Assembly: GCA_046758445.1 (NCBI GenBank)
Contig: JBHIAE010000004.1
Coordinates: forward strand, 41,547-105,546
DNA from: Candidatus Thorarchaeota archaeon
Lineage (GTDB): Archaea; Asgardarchaeota; Thorarchaeia; Thorarchaeales; Thorarchaeaceae
Direction of reading: 5' to 3'
Length of the DNA: 64,000 nt
In this document: positions 19,994 through 30,267 of the stretch, one piece after another
Position numbering within the stretch: position 1 is the stretch's first letter
Layout of the letters: every line of letters starts with the position of its first letter
Made by a program: the position numbers and the translations under genes
The notes under the pieces: generated by a model
Seen by the model: only the letters and a program-made list of their open reading frames with translations
The model's database searches: none
What the model was told of the DNA's origin: nothing

Positions 19994-21483
19994 TATCCCG
20001 ACCTCCTGCGACGTGCTAAGACGGCTAGAGAGATGACAACGATTGCGCCTGCTGACGTAATCATTGAATGAGGCAGTTCAATTGCTCCTAAGAGTGCGGA
20101 CTCCAATGAACTAGCTGCGGCATTCCATAAGTCAGCAATGGCAATGAGATGTCCTCTGATCTCGCTGAGCTCTTCATCAGAATCGGCGAGAGCAGCGTTG
20201 AGGTCTCCAGACTCACGATAGGCTTCTGCAACTCGACTGAAGGTTTCCGTAACGATGGTCGCATTGCCGCTGTAGCCTATCTCAATGAGACTTGAGTTGT
20301 CACTGAGAACTTCAAAGTGAGGAAGAGCTTCGAGTCCTCGTTCTAGGAACTCGTCTAAATCAAGATCTGAGAGTATTCCTGGTAGAGCTTTGAGGCCCTC
20401 CCGGAAGGAGAGATATTGGAGGGCCAGCATGCCCTCCATCTGCATGCCAATTCCAATCAGTCCGTAGTATCTTTCTTCAACATTGGAACTGAAGTCATCA
20501 AGATAGGCGGCGATCTCATCTGGTGTGAGATCGTAGGCAAGGCCTCTGAATGAGTCGGCTCCGAAGTTCGCGAAGAAAATGTTCTCCAAACCCTCGCCGT
20601 AGGAGGCCCGGTCGCCGCGGAGTCTCTCACAGATGTAAGAGGCCAGTCTGGATACGAAGTCCTCTGGAGGACCTGTGTTTGGCCTCACTACTATGCATCC
20701 ATACCCTATCGGATTCATGGCATGTTTCAAAGAGATATAGTCGACCTCGTAATGCCAGCGGCCGTCATCGGGAAAGCCAAAGTACTCACCGAATGCGCCC
20801 ACTCCGGGATCCATGACCTCCGCAGTGCCTGCAGTATCATTGTATCCGACAAGTAGAACAGCATGTCCCGAGCCTGTGTCTTCTGATTGAAGTCCAAGGT
20901 CTCTAGCTATGTCGTAGTCTATTGCAGGTAGGTAGTACGGGTCGGTCCATACCACAATTGGATATCCCTCATCTATGGTCGTTCGTATCAAGTTGATAGT
21001 GTCCGTCCATCCATTGGTGTCTGTATAGTTCAACCCCCACGCGTCCATCGCAGGACCGTAGAAACTACCGAAGCCCGAGTCATCATCATAGTAGATGTCA
21101 ATATCAAGGCCATAGAGGTCTGCTAGAGTGGGCAGCGGTTCCATTTGTCTCAAGGCGGCTCCGGGGAGGAAGACCGCAAGTTCCTCATAGCGTATGTATC
21201 CTGCTGAGAATCCGATACCAGATGCTGCAAAGAGGTTCCGGAGGTCAAGCGGAGCACCAGCGTATTGTAGAGCCATTGATAGGGCAGACCAGTGACAGAA
21301 ACCATTGATTTCCTGCCACTGGTAGGGAACTCCTGAAATGTGTCCATATCCCTCGATTGCGGGACTATGAACATGGTCGGTTGTGACAATATCTGGTGCG
21401 ATGGCTGGTGTTGTGAGTTGCAGAGCGGTCAGACAGATGATGACAGCAAGCGCCGCTGTTTTGTAGCTCGAATTCACTTTCAT
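19993..21483 (-). CDS. Surface-anchored papain-like (C39/BtrH-like) cysteine hydrolase
   Basis: Signal peptide; VPYQWQ..GFC, GHAVLLVGY and DP catalytic pattern; C-terminal TM + RRRR. Confidence 0.75.
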   Translation of the reverse strand: MKVNSSYKTAALAVIICLTALQLTTPAIAPDIVTTDHVHSPAIEGYGHISGVPYQWQEINGFCHWSALSMALQYAGAPLDLRNLFAASGIGFSAGYIRYEELAVFLPGAALRQMEPLPTLADLYGLDIDIYYDDDSGFGSFYGPAMDAWGLNYTDTNGWTDTINLIRTTIDEGYPIVVWTDPYYLPAIDYDIARDLGLQSEDTGSGHAVLLVGYNDTAGTAEVMDPGVGAFGEYFGFPDDGRWHYEVDYISLKHAMNPIGYGCIVVRPNTGPPEDFVSRLASYICERLRGDRASYGEGLENIFFANFGADSFRGLAYDLTPDEIAAYLDDFSSNVEERYYGLIGIGMQMEGMLALQYLSFREGLKALPGILSDLDLDEFLERGLEALPHFEVLSDNSSLIEIGYSGNATIVTETFSRVAEAYRESGDLNAALADSDEELSEIRGHLIAIADLWNAAASSLESALLGAIELPHSMITSAGAIVVISLAVLARRRRSG

Positions 21484-21501
21484 TCTAAATCACTCCCATA
21501 A

Positions 21502-23133
21502 TCAATCAGGTCTTGCCAGCCTCCTTGTGCCGACAGTTGTGAAGACGCTACCCAGTGAGATCATGACTGCACTGGGACCAAGAATCATCAAGATTAGGCT
21601 TTGAAACCCCGTCAGGAGTCCAATGGGTATCGCTAATTGTGTCGTTATCATGATGACCAACATTGAGGCCCCAGTGTTGTCCTTGAACGTCTTGCTCTGC
21701 TGGTCATCATAGTTGGGATTGTTGGCTGTGATGCCAGTACTGACGAGAATCGAACCAGTTACCGCAAGACAAGCATTTGTGAGTGTCATCAGTGCATCAA
21801 AGCCATGAAGTCCAATCATCATGCAGACGAAGGTTGATGAAGTCCAGGCCATTGGAAGAGCGAACATCATGGATTCAACTATTCTGGCTCTCACGAAGTT
21901 TGTGACCCCATTGGGGGCACTCTTTAGCATCCATAGTTGGTCCTTTGAATCTAGGAATCCAACTCCACCGAATGTCATAGCTCCAATCATGGCCAACATC
22001 ACCCCTGCAGTGAGGGCAGAATAGAATGCGACAATCCCCGGGTCGTTTCCTCCGATACCTGATACATTTAGCATCAGGGGAAAGACCACAGCAAGTACGA
22101 CTCCAAAGGCAATCTTTGATGTGTTCTGGGCTTTCCTTGTGAAGTCCTTCAAGACGGAAACGACTAGTATCCCGAAAGAACCAGGAAACAGTTGCCGCAT
22201 GCCTCTGAGGACTATATTCTCTTTTCCAACAGTGGTCACCCTCTCGCTTCGGGCTCCGGCCTCGATTCTGAAGAGTCGGTCAGCAGTCACCAAGGCAACA
22301 GTGACTGTACACATGGAGAATGTTACAAGTAGAGCAAGGTCCACTGCCGGTCCGAACCCGAGGATTGACTCAAACGCAACAATGGAAGAGGGACTCAAGC
22401 CGATTCCATTAAACAGTACAATCACCCAGGTAACGAGGTCCGCGCCCCAAGTGAAGGGGAATATCAGGAAGATATCGAGCCCCATGAATTCGGAAAACGG
22501 CTCTGCCAAGAAGATGATCCCATACAATGGTATGAGCGTGACCAGACCGACGAACATTGATAGCGCTCTGGCGACATCATTTCCTCTTGGAGACTCACCA
22601 AGCTTCGCCTGAATAGCAGTGCAGAGCAAGTTAGAGAACCAGAGTGTACTCAGTGCAACACCAATCAGAGTGAGATACATGAGCAGCTGCCCAGCCAGTG
22701 ATACTTGGTAGACTATGGCATAGGGAGAAACGATGATAGACGTAAGGAACAGGATTCCAAGGCCATACACAGGGATCTTGCCCACAAATGTGCCAGTCAT
22801 TATGTCCCTAGTGCTAACGTCGCTGCTCAGCATAATCTCCCATTGGCCAATCTTGAGCTCTTCCAGTGCGTAGCTGATGGGGTAGAAGAGGAAGGTGACC
22901 CATAAGAAGAGAACAAAGGACCGCATGAATCCCGGGAGTCCAATCATCAACAAGGCATTGACTTCGGTACCCATCCACCCAAGGATGTATGACATGATAG
23001 AGGGGACCAAGAAGAGGGCCCAGACAAGAGTGAATACCAAGATACCTAGAAGCATTATTCGACGTCTGCGACGGAATCGTGACGTCAGCACTAGGAACTC
23101 AGCCTTTGCTATGTGGTACCAGGCCCCCTTCAA
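21502..23133 (-). CDS. ABC-2 type exporter permease (paralog 2)
   Basis: About 12 TM; WYHIAKAEF, EELKIGQWE and LKSAP; clearly paralogous to 24044-25732. Confidence 0.85.
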   Translation of the reverse strand: MKGAWYHIAKAEFLVLTSRFRRRRRIMLLGILVFTLVWALFLVPSIMSYILGWMGTEVNALLMIGLPGFMRSFVLFLWVTFLFYPISYALEELKIGQWEIMLSSDVSTRDIMTGTFVGKIPVYGLGILFLTSIIVSPYAIVYQVSLAGQLLMYLTLIGVALSTLWFSNLLCTAIQAKLGESPRGNDVARALSMFVGLVTLIPLYGIIFLAEPFSEFMGLDIFLIFPFTWGADLVTWVIVLFNGIGLSPSSIVAFESILGFGPAVDLALLVTFSMCTVTVALVTADRLFRIEAGARSERVTTVGKENIVLRGMRQLFPGSFGILVVSVLKDFTRKAQNTSKIAFGVVLAVVFPLMLNVSGIGGNDPGIVAFYSALTAGVMLAMIGAMTFGGVGFLDSKDQLWMLKSAPNGVTNFVRARIVESMMFALPMAWTSSTFVCMMIGLHGFDALMTLTNACLAVTGSILVSTGITANNPNYDDQQSKTFKDNTGASMLVIMITTQLAIPIGLLTGFQSLILMILGPSAVMISLGSVFTTVGTRRLARPD

Positions 23134-23267
23134 GGGTGTTCACCTCCGCACAATGGCCCTATAGTCTGGTGTGACTAGTTTCCCGGTCTTTCTCCGGTTT
23201 CGGAACCAGATGGCAATGACTGACCGCTCGGCCTTTCTTGCATGATAGCTCCTCCCCCTCAATGCTT

Positions 23268-24041
23268 CTACCTCCATGTCAAGAGTTTACTTCGGTCTAC
23301 CTGACCGCCAACAATCTTGAGGTAGGCATCCTCAAGGTCTTCTGCTCCAGTTGATTCCACGATGCCGCCGGGAGAATCGACAATTACGAGTGTACCGTCG
23401 TTGATAATGCCTACTACGTCACAGACGTCCTCTGCAAAGGAGGTCTGGTGCGTGCAGATGAAGAAGGTAGTTTCAGTTTCCTCTGCCAACACCAAGATTA
23501 GGTCCTTCACAAGAGCACCGGCGCTTGGATCAAGCCGAGATGTCGGCTCATCAAGGAAGACAAGTCTTGGTTCGTGGAGAAGTGTGGAAGCCACAAGCAC
23601 CTTCTGTTTCATTCCGCTGGAGTATGTGTCTAGGAGGTCATCTTGACGACCTTCCAGACCTAGCATCGAGAGCAGGCTATCGATTCGCCTGCTCAGAACC
23701 ACGCCCGTAAGCCCATTGAGAGCCCCGATGAAGTCAAGGAACTCCACTGCCGATAGCTTTGAGTATAGGCCAGGGGTTTCAGGTAGGAGGCCAGTCATTG
23801 ACTTGATCTCTCCCGCTTGAGATACGATGTCCATGCCGAGGACCGTTGCCGTGCCACTTGTGGGCTTCATCAACCCAGAAAGTATGCGCACTGTCGTCGT
23901 TTTTCCTGCCCCGTTAGGCCCCAGGAAGCCAAAGCGGCCTCCTGAGGACACTTCTAGGTTGAGATGCCTGACAGCATGAACCGGACCGAAGGTCTTGTTC
24001 AGCTCGAGAGTCTGGATGGAGATACCGCTGTTGCTCACCAC
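23268..24041 (-). CDS. ABC exporter ATPase (paralog 2)
   Basis: GPNGAGKTT, YSSGMKQK and LDEPTSRLDP. Confidence 0.93.
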   Translation of the reverse strand: MVSNSGISIQTLELNKTFGPVHAVRHLNLEVSSGGRFGFLGPNGAGKTTTVRILSGLMKPTSGTATVLGMDIVSQAGEIKSMTGLLPETPGLYSKLSAVEFLDFIGALNGLTGVVLSRRIDSLLSMLGLEGRQDDLLDTYSSGMKQKVLVASTLLHEPRLVFLDEPTSRLDPSAGALVKDLILVLAEETETTFFICTHQTSFAEDVCDVVGIINDGTLVIVDSPGGIVESTGAEDLEDAYLKIVGGQVDRSKLLTWR

Positions 24042-24043
24042 AA

Positions 24044-25732
24044 TCAGACCTCCACCTTGCCCAGGCTCCTAATGCCCAAGTTGAGCATCAAAGCGCCTAC
24101 AAGCAGGAGCGCTATCGGCCCGAGAAGCATCTCCACAACCATGAAACCATCAAGGCCAAAGATGCTCTCCATGGCTGCAAAGAGATTGATGCCAAGCCCC
24201 ATGTCAAGGAAGATTGCCGCAAAGAGAGGGCCGATGAGTGTGAACTGGGTCAGCATCATTGCCGACATGAGCACGGTCTGGTGCGCTGAGGACTTTGTAT
24301 CCTCATAGTTCGGATTCTGAGCGGTTATGCCCATACTCACCATCACTGCGCCGCAGACAACGATATAGGACACGATGAATAGCTGCAACATCATGAGAGG
24401 GCCTGTGTTGAAGATGATGCCAATCGCTATGCTTGGAGCCAGACTCAATGGAATTGCCATAAGGAAACCTGATGCCAAGCGCGCCCTCATGAAACGTGAT
24501 GCGCCCTTCGGTGCACTCCGAATTATCCATAGCTGATCCTTGCTTTCCAGAAAGCCCGTTCCTGCAAACGGGAACACACCAACAATGCCAATCATTATGC
24601 TGACCATGGGCAGGATTTCCATCAGAACATATTCGCCTCCCTCCACCAGGACCACCTGCTGCATGATTACGGGAAGAAACACTGCCAGTACGACCCCGTA
24701 GAAGATCTTCGAGATGTTCTGAGCCTTTCTGCCAAAGTCCTTCAGACTCACGATAGTCAGAGCACCGAATGAACCACTGCTTATGCTCCGGATTCCCCGC
24801 AGGATGATGTTTTCTCGTCCTACTGTGGTGACCGTTTCAGTCCGTACACCGGCACTGACGGTGAAGACTCTATCAGCAGCGCCAATTGCTATGGGCACCC
24901 ATGCTAGACCGAATGCCGCCATTAGGAGTGCGCTAGTCAACATGTCCAGCTGTAGAATTGTTCCAAATGCCAGTATCTGAGAACCAGTCAGACCGATTCC
25001 GTTGAATGTGATTGCAGTCCAGCTCACCAAGTCTGCAGGCCAGGTGAAAGGCATCAGTAGGAATGCGTTCATTCCAAGCACATCAGATAGCTGCGGAAGG
25101 AAGAACATCAGACCATACATGGGCACAATGACGATTATTGCGATCACTACTGAGATTGCCTTGGCGATGTCGTTGCCTCGAGATGAGTTTCCAAGTCTGG
25201 CCTGAACAACTGCTGTGATGAAGTTGGAGAGCCAGATGGTAGACAGCACCATTAGTGCGATAACTGTGTATACTAGTGCTTGACCCAGAAATGACACCTC
25301 AAAGGCTAGCATGAATGGGGAGATTAACAGTGGGGCTAGAAGGACCACAATCAACCCGTACATGGGTATCTTGCCGACGAATGTCCCGGTGAGAATGTCT
25401 CTTGTCTTCACGTTGTTGGATAGGAATATCTCCCACTGGCCGATCTTGATCTCCTGAAGCGCGTATGATAGTGGGAACAGTAACAGCAATGCCCACAGGA
25501 AAAGCATCACCGTGCGCATCAGCCCCGGAAACATCACCATCAGGAGAGTACGCATGGTCGACATGGGCATGAGCAGCCCCAGGAATCCACCTATAATCAT
25601 GGGAGCAACGTAGGCTGCCCATACAATGGCTAGGGCGTATAGTAGAACTGTAACAGCTCGTCTGTACCTTCTCATGCCAGAAGTCAGAACGTAGTATTCC
25701 GCCTTTGCGATGTGATACCACTTACGAGTCAT
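24044..25732 (-). CDS. ABC-2 type exporter permease (paralog 1)
   Basis: About 12 TM; MTRKWYHIAKAEY start after GGAGGTGA; QEIKIGQWE and IRSAP. Confidence 0.85.
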   Translation of the reverse strand: MTRKWYHIAKAEYYVLTSGMRRYRRAVTVLLYALAIVWAAYVAPMIIGGFLGLLMPMSTMRTLLMVMFPGLMRTVMLFLWALLLLFPLSYALQEIKIGQWEIFLSNNVKTRDILTGTFVGKIPMYGLIVVLLAPLLISPFMLAFEVSFLGQALVYTVIALMVLSTIWLSNFITAVVQARLGNSSRGNDIAKAISVVIAIIVIVPMYGLMFFLPQLSDVLGMNAFLLMPFTWPADLVSWTAITFNGIGLTGSQILAFGTILQLDMLTSALLMAAFGLAWVPIAIGAADRVFTVSAGVRTETVTTVGRENIILRGIRSISSGSFGALTIVSLKDFGRKAQNISKIFYGVVLAVFLPVIMQQVVLVEGGEYVLMEILPMVSIMIGIVGVFPFAGTGFLESKDQLWIIRSAPKGASRFMRARLASGFLMAIPLSLAPSIAIGIIFNTGPLMMLQLFIVSYIVVCGAVMVSMGITAQNPNYEDTKSSAHQTVLMSAMMLTQFTLIGPLFAAIFLDMGLGINLFAAMESIFGLDGFMVVEMLLGPIALLLVGALMLNLGIRSLGKVEV

Positions 25733-25736
25733 TCCT

Positions 25737-26519
25737 TCACCTCCAGGCCAACAGGACCTCGCGATCGACCTTGCCACCGACTATCTTGAGATAGGCATCT
25801 TCCAGGTTCCTTGCTCCGGCAGACTCAATGACCTCTTGGGGAGAACCACGGGTGACGAGCTCACCTTCATTGAGGATTCCCATCACATCACAGACATCTT
25901 CTGCAAAACCTGTCATGTGAGTACAGATGAAGAAGGTAGTTTCAGTTTCCTCTGCAAGAATCATAATCATGTCCTTGATTATGGCAGTTGCACTTGGATC
26001 GAGCCGAGATGTTGGCTCGTCCAGGAAGACCAGCTTGGGTTCATGAAGTAGAGTAGATGATACCAACACCTTCTGCTTCATTCCCGATGAATATGACTCC
26101 AGAAGGTCATCCTGTCTTCCCTCAAGACCCAGAATTCCAAGCAGAGTGTCGATTCGTCTGTTCAGTGCCTCGCCGCTCCTGCCGTTCAGGGCCCCAATAA
26201 ACTCAAGGAACTCAACAGCAGAGAGCTTGGAGTATAGTCCGGGGGTTTCAGGGAGTAGACCAGTGATTGCCTTTATGGCATCACGATCTCTGCTGACATC
26301 GAGGCCACACACCTCTGCGTAGCCACTTGTCTGTTTCAGTAGACCTGAGAGTATGCGGACTGTGGTTGTCTTTCCTGCACCGTTCGGACCAAGAAAGCCG
26401 AACCTGCTACCCGCTGTCACCTCAAGGTCTAGATTCCTAACAGCTTGAACTGTCCCGAATGTCTTGTTCAAGCGTTGAGTTCGAATGGTTACATCGTTTT
26501 TTGCCAATGTTTTCACCAT
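25737..26519 (-). CDS. ABC exporter ATPase (paralog 1)
   Basis: GPNGAGKTT, YSSGMKQK and LDEPTSRLDP. Confidence 0.93.
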   Translation of the reverse strand: MVKTLAKNDVTIRTQRLNKTFGTVQAVRNLDLEVTAGSRFGFLGPNGAGKTTTVRILSGLLKQTSGYAEVCGLDVSRDRDAIKAITGLLPETPGLYSKLSAVEFLEFIGALNGRSGEALNRRIDTLLGILGLEGRQDDLLESYSSGMKQKVLVSSTLLHEPKLVFLDEPTSRLDPSATAIIKDMIMILAEETETTFFICTHMTGFAEDVCDVMGILNEGELVTRGSPQEVIESAGARNLEDAYLKIVGGKVDREVLLAWR

Positions 26520-26644
26520 TTGATTGTTTACTTCTGTGTGGGAAACAATAACCTTATTGATATAAACCTTCCTAATAGCGTAGGCAAGATTAACCCGAAA
26601 CCTTTATAGCTGAGTTTGGGTTTATGCTGCGAGGATAACTAACG

Positions 26645-27229
26645 ATGATACTCTCGGTTCACGAAGCAGTTGTCTGGTGGGAATACCATCAGGGCAAGAC
26701 GACCAGTGACATTGCTAGTGAATACGAGAAGGGCCAGGCGGCTCCTCCCTATGTCTACGCGCTCTTCGAGAGCTCCAATAGTAAGTCCGAGAGGGAGGGG
26801 ATACAGTCTGTCCAGCTGAAGGACACTCAGTATGTTTCGAGAGTACTCAACAGGGCAAAGGGCAAGGTCGGCAAGGCACTGAGTGAGCATGCGAAGAGTC
26901 ATCGACTAGATGTTGAGAGCGTACTTGATGAAAAGGGCCTACTAATCGGGTTTGACTACCAAGCTAATACCCAGGTCTATATCGTGTTCACTCTGAAGGC
27001 CGGGATTATAGTTTGGTATAAGCACGACTCGTACGCCGGCAAGCTATGCCCTGAGTGTCCAAAGGAGGAGGAATGCAGGGAAACCTTGGACACAATAACG
27101 GAAGAGTATGACATAACTCTCAGACCTGACGAAGAAGAACTCTACATGACTCAACAGTCCACAGCTATCTTCAACAAAGTCGCAGCAAAGCCTTCTCCAA
27201 AGTATAAGAGATCAGAAGGGAGCGGATAA
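26645..27229 (+). CDS. Putative transcriptional regulator: sigma70-region-4-like HTH with an insertion, plus a C-terminal Cys cluster
   Basis: LSVHEAVVW...GKTTSDIA-[~35 aa]-QYVSRVLNRAKGKV; CPECPKEEEC. Confidence 0.6.
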   Translation: MILSVHEAVVWWEYHQGKTTSDIASEYEKGQAAPPYVYALFESSNSKSEREGIQSVQLKDTQYVSRVLNRAKGKVGKALSEHAKSHRLDVESVLDEKGLLIGFDYQANTQVYIVFTLKAGIIVWYKHDSYAGKLCPECPKEEECRETLDTITEEYDITLRPDEEELYMTQQSTAIFNKVAAKPSPKYKRSEGSG

Positions 27230-27232
27230 GAA

Positions 27233-27985
27233 ATGCGTACAGATTATGGAAATGGGAAGGTGATTAGGCCACCTTTTGAGAAGGTCAGCAGTGGAAGACT
27301 GTTCAGACCGGACTCGCGGTTCAGGTACAAGATGTGGTCTCTCAGCGTGTTCATCGTGGTGGTTCTGTGGACCATAGTGGTCGGGACTTTCTGGCTCTCC
27401 GCATACATTATGGGGGCGTTTGGCCTGGGAGGAACGACTCAGTCGTTTCTGGACTATTGGCTGCCTCCAATCAACTTCTGGTACTGGGCAATTACACTAC
27501 CAATCTTGGTCATTGCGCTGACTACGATAACTGTCTACATTAGATCGATACGGTACTCTGTACGAGCAGAGTCCGGCGAGAGCATGCCGGAGGTATATGT
27601 CAGAAAGGGGATAATTGACATAACGGAGAAGCACGTGCCCTTGAGGACAATAACAAACATCAACACAAAGACGGGCCCCTTTGATAGACTGTTTGGTATT
27701 GGCAGCGTCGAGATTGAAACTGCAGGTTATTCTGGGCCGACTCAATACGGGCCTGAGGAGAAGATTGAGGGGATCGTCTTCTATGAGGAGCTACGTTCAT
27801 ACATCCTTCAGCACATGAGGCAGATAGGGACCCCGTATGTGACTGGAACCGAGTCCCCCATGTCCTTTGAAGAACCCGTGCCCAGGATGGATGGTACACT
27901 AGATGACGAGATTCTGATGGCACTGCGGGAAATGCGTGATATCCTTAGGAGAATTGATGACAAGCTTGACGGGAGGAATCGATAG
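27233..27985 (+). CDS. 2-TM + bacterial PH-domain (bPH_2/YdbS-like) protein, copy 1
   Basis: YVRKGII..TEKHVPLRTITNI...GPFDRLFGIGSVEIETAG. Confidence 0.85.
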   Translation: MRTDYGNGKVIRPPFEKVSSGRLFRPDSRFRYKMWSLSVFIVVVLWTIVVGTFWLSAYIMGAFGLGGTTQSFLDYWLPPINFWYWAITLPILVIALTTITVYIRSIRYSVRAESGESMPEVYVRKGIIDITEKHVPLRTITNINTKTGPFDRLFGIGSVEIETAGYSGPTQYGPEEKIEGIVFYEELRSYILQHMRQIGTPYVTGTESPMSFEEPVPRMDGTLDDEILMALREMRDILRRIDDKLDGRNR

Positions 27986-27987
27986 AG

Positions 27988-28755
27988 ATGGAATCTGGTA
28001 CAGTGATTAGGCCACCGATGGATGATATCAAGAGTGGTAAAGTCTTCAAACCTTCAAGGGCCTTCATCTATAAAGGCTGGTTAGGAGCAATACTCGTTGC
28101 TTTTGGCCTCTGGCTTTTTGTGATGTTGTGCTGGCTAGGAATAGCGTACATAGTAATGGTCATGGATGAAGGAATCCCATTCTCTGGATATGTGGCCTAC
28201 TTCAACAACTGGTGGATGCTAGTCAACTTCTGGTGGTGGGTCATCAACGCGTTCTGGCTTGTCCCAGCGATTGTCATATGGCCCTTCTATGTGAAGCGAT
28301 TTGAGTACTCTGTGATTGCTCATTCTGGTGAAACCATGCCTGAGATCTATGTTCGAAAAGGGATAATCACTGTCACAGAGAAGCATGTGCCCTTCCGGAC
28401 AATTACGAACATCTCAAGCAAGGCCGGCCCGCTTGACAGACTATTCGGAATCGGTAGTGTTGAGATTCAGACGGCTGGCTTCTCTGGTGGAGCTCAGGCA
28501 GGAGCAAAGCCAGAAGAGAAGCTCGAAGGGCTTCATATCTTCGAGTCAGTCCGTGACTTCGTCCTTAGAGAGTTGCGAAGGTTCACAGGGCAGTATGTGA
28601 CCGGTACAGAAGTCATTGCGCCAGGCGATGTTCCCTTTGCCGGGGTTGAGGGCAGCCTGCAAGACGAAATCCTAATCACACTTCGACAGATACGTGACAG
28701 TGTAGCTCCTATACGAGAAGTTCTTGAGGAGCTTAGAAAGGATAAGAGCGACTAG
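27988..28755 (+). CDS. 2-TM + bacterial PH-domain protein, copy 2
   Basis: Same bPH motifs: KHVPFRTITNI, GPLDRLFGIGSVEIQTAG. Confidence 0.85.
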   Translation: MESGTVIRPPMDDIKSGKVFKPSRAFIYKGWLGAILVAFGLWLFVMLCWLGIAYIVMVMDEGIPFSGYVAYFNNWWMLVNFWWWVINAFWLVPAIVIWPFYVKRFEYSVIAHSGETMPEIYVRKGIITVTEKHVPFRTITNISSKAGPLDRLFGIGSVEIQTAGFSGGAQAGAKPEEKLEGLHIFESVRDFVLRELRRFTGQYVTGTEVIAPGDVPFAGVEGSLQDEILITLRQIRDSVAPIREVLEELRKDKSD

Positions 28756-28757
28756 AA

Positions 28758-29489
28758 ATGACATCAGATGGGACCGTGATTAGGCCACCTATCGAAGATG
28801 TTGAGAGTGGCAAGGTATTCAGGCCTTCAAAGGCGTTTCGAAACAAGATGTGGTTCACTGGCATCCTTGCTGCTGTAGGCATCTGGCTGATTCTGGCCGC
28901 AATCATGTTGGGACTCGGATACATCATCTTCGTGTTGTTCGGCGTGGGCGGAGGCGTCGCGGACTATGCTGGATGGCAGGCCATGTTCTGGGGAGTTGTG
29001 AACTTCTGGTATTGGATACTGACTGCCATATGGTTCATTCCTGCTGTCATTGCCGTGCCAATCTACCTTGCATCCTTTGAGTATTCAGTGATAGCTAAGT
29101 CAGGTCAGACCATGCCAGAAATCTACGTGAAGAAGGGGATAATCAACATCACCCGGAAACATGTTCCTTTCAGAACGATTACAAACATCTCCAGCAGAGC
29201 TGGGCCCTTTGACAGATTGTTTGGTATTGGCACCATCGAGATTGAAACCGCCGGACAGTCCGGGTCAACTTCGATTGGCCCCGAGGAGAAGCTTGAGGGT
29301 ATTGTGTTCTATGAAGAACTCAGGGACTTCATCCTCCGAGAGCTACGGAAGTTCAAGGACCCATACGTAACCGGAACTGAAGTGGTCTTACCTGAGAACG
29401 AAACTGTGATTCGTGTGGGCGGTACTATCGAAGATGAAATTCTGAGTGTGCTAAATGAGATTCGCGATCTGTTAAGGGACAGAAGCTGA
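28758..29489 (+). CDS. 2-TM + bacterial PH-domain protein, copy 3
   Basis: KHVPFRTITNISSRAGPFDRLFGIGTIEIETAG. Confidence 0.85.
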   Translation: MTSDGTVIRPPIEDVESGKVFRPSKAFRNKMWFTGILAAVGIWLILAAIMLGLGYIIFVLFGVGGGVADYAGWQAMFWGVVNFWYWILTAIWFIPAVIAVPIYLASFEYSVIAKSGQTMPEIYVKKGIINITRKHVPFRTITNISSRAGPFDRLFGIGTIEIETAGQSGSTSIGPEEKLEGIVFYEELRDFILRELRKFKDPYVTGTEVVLPENETVIRVGGTIEDEILSVLNEIRDLLRDRS

Positions 29490-29502
29490 GAGTGGCAAAA
29501 TC

Positions 29503-30261
29503 GTGACCAAAGAGAGCGGCCGAGTCATCAGGCCCCCTATGGAGGATGTCTACAACGGGAGAATCTTCAAGCCACTCCCTGCACTTCGCTACAAGAGGTG
29601 GCTGAAGTTCATTCTGGCTTCGTTCGCGTTGTACTTGGTCTTCTTGTTCTCGTTCTTTGGTCCGCCGCTGATCACTGTATTTGTCGTCGAGTTCATTCCT
29701 CTAAATCTGTGGTTTGTGCAAGAAGGTTGGGCGGTAGGAAGTCAGGTCTACTGGCTAATCACGCCTTTCTGGTTGATTCCGGCTCTGGTCTGGACGCACC
29801 TGTGGGTGAATAGCATAGAATACTCCGTGGTGGGTTGGAAAGGAGATACCATGCCGGAGATCTACGAGAGGAAAGGAGTGATCACAATCACTAAACGCCA
29901 CGTTCCTTTTCGGACTATCACCAACGTCAAGAGTAGAGTCGGGGTATTCGACCGCGGCTTTGGAATTGGGGTCGTGAAGATTGAAACCGCAGGTGAGTCC
30001 GGAGGAATGCAGGCAACAGGCGTGCTCACTCTCATTCTCAAGTATTTGATGCGACAAAGCTCTGAGGAGGTCATTGAGGGCATTGTGTTCTATGAAGAAC
30101 TGAAAGATTTCATTCTTAGAGAACTCCGCGCATTTGGACGTTCACTCCCTCTTCAAGAAGGTGAGATTTCCGACCCGAGTCGACGGGGAATTCTTACTGA
30201 GAGCACGCTGAGAGCCTTTCAGGAGATACGAGATGTACTTCGAGAAGAAGGAGGATTGTGA
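29503..30261 (+). CDS. 2-TM + bacterial PH-domain protein, copy 4
   Basis: RHVPFRTITNV..GVFDRGFGIGVVKIETAG. Confidence 0.85.
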   Translation: MTKESGRVIRPPMEDVYNGRIFKPLPALRYKRWLKFILASFALYLVFLFSFFGPPLITVFVVEFIPLNLWFVQEGWAVGSQVYWLITPFWLIPALVWTHLWVNSIEYSVVGWKGDTMPEIYERKGVITITKRHVPFRTITNVKSRVGVFDRGFGIGVVKIETAGESGGMQATGVLTLILKYLMRQSSEEVIEGIVFYEELKDFILRELRAFGRSLPLQEGEISDPSRRGILTESTLRAFQEIRDVLREEGGL

Positions 30262-30267
30262 AAGCAA

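Noticed and set aside
23175-23243. 22-aa ORF (MQERPSGQSLPSGSETGERPGN, minus strand) inside the ABC operon as an exported peptide precursor
   Set aside because: It has an SD-like sequence but no leader, Cys or GG motif, and is short enough to arise by chance
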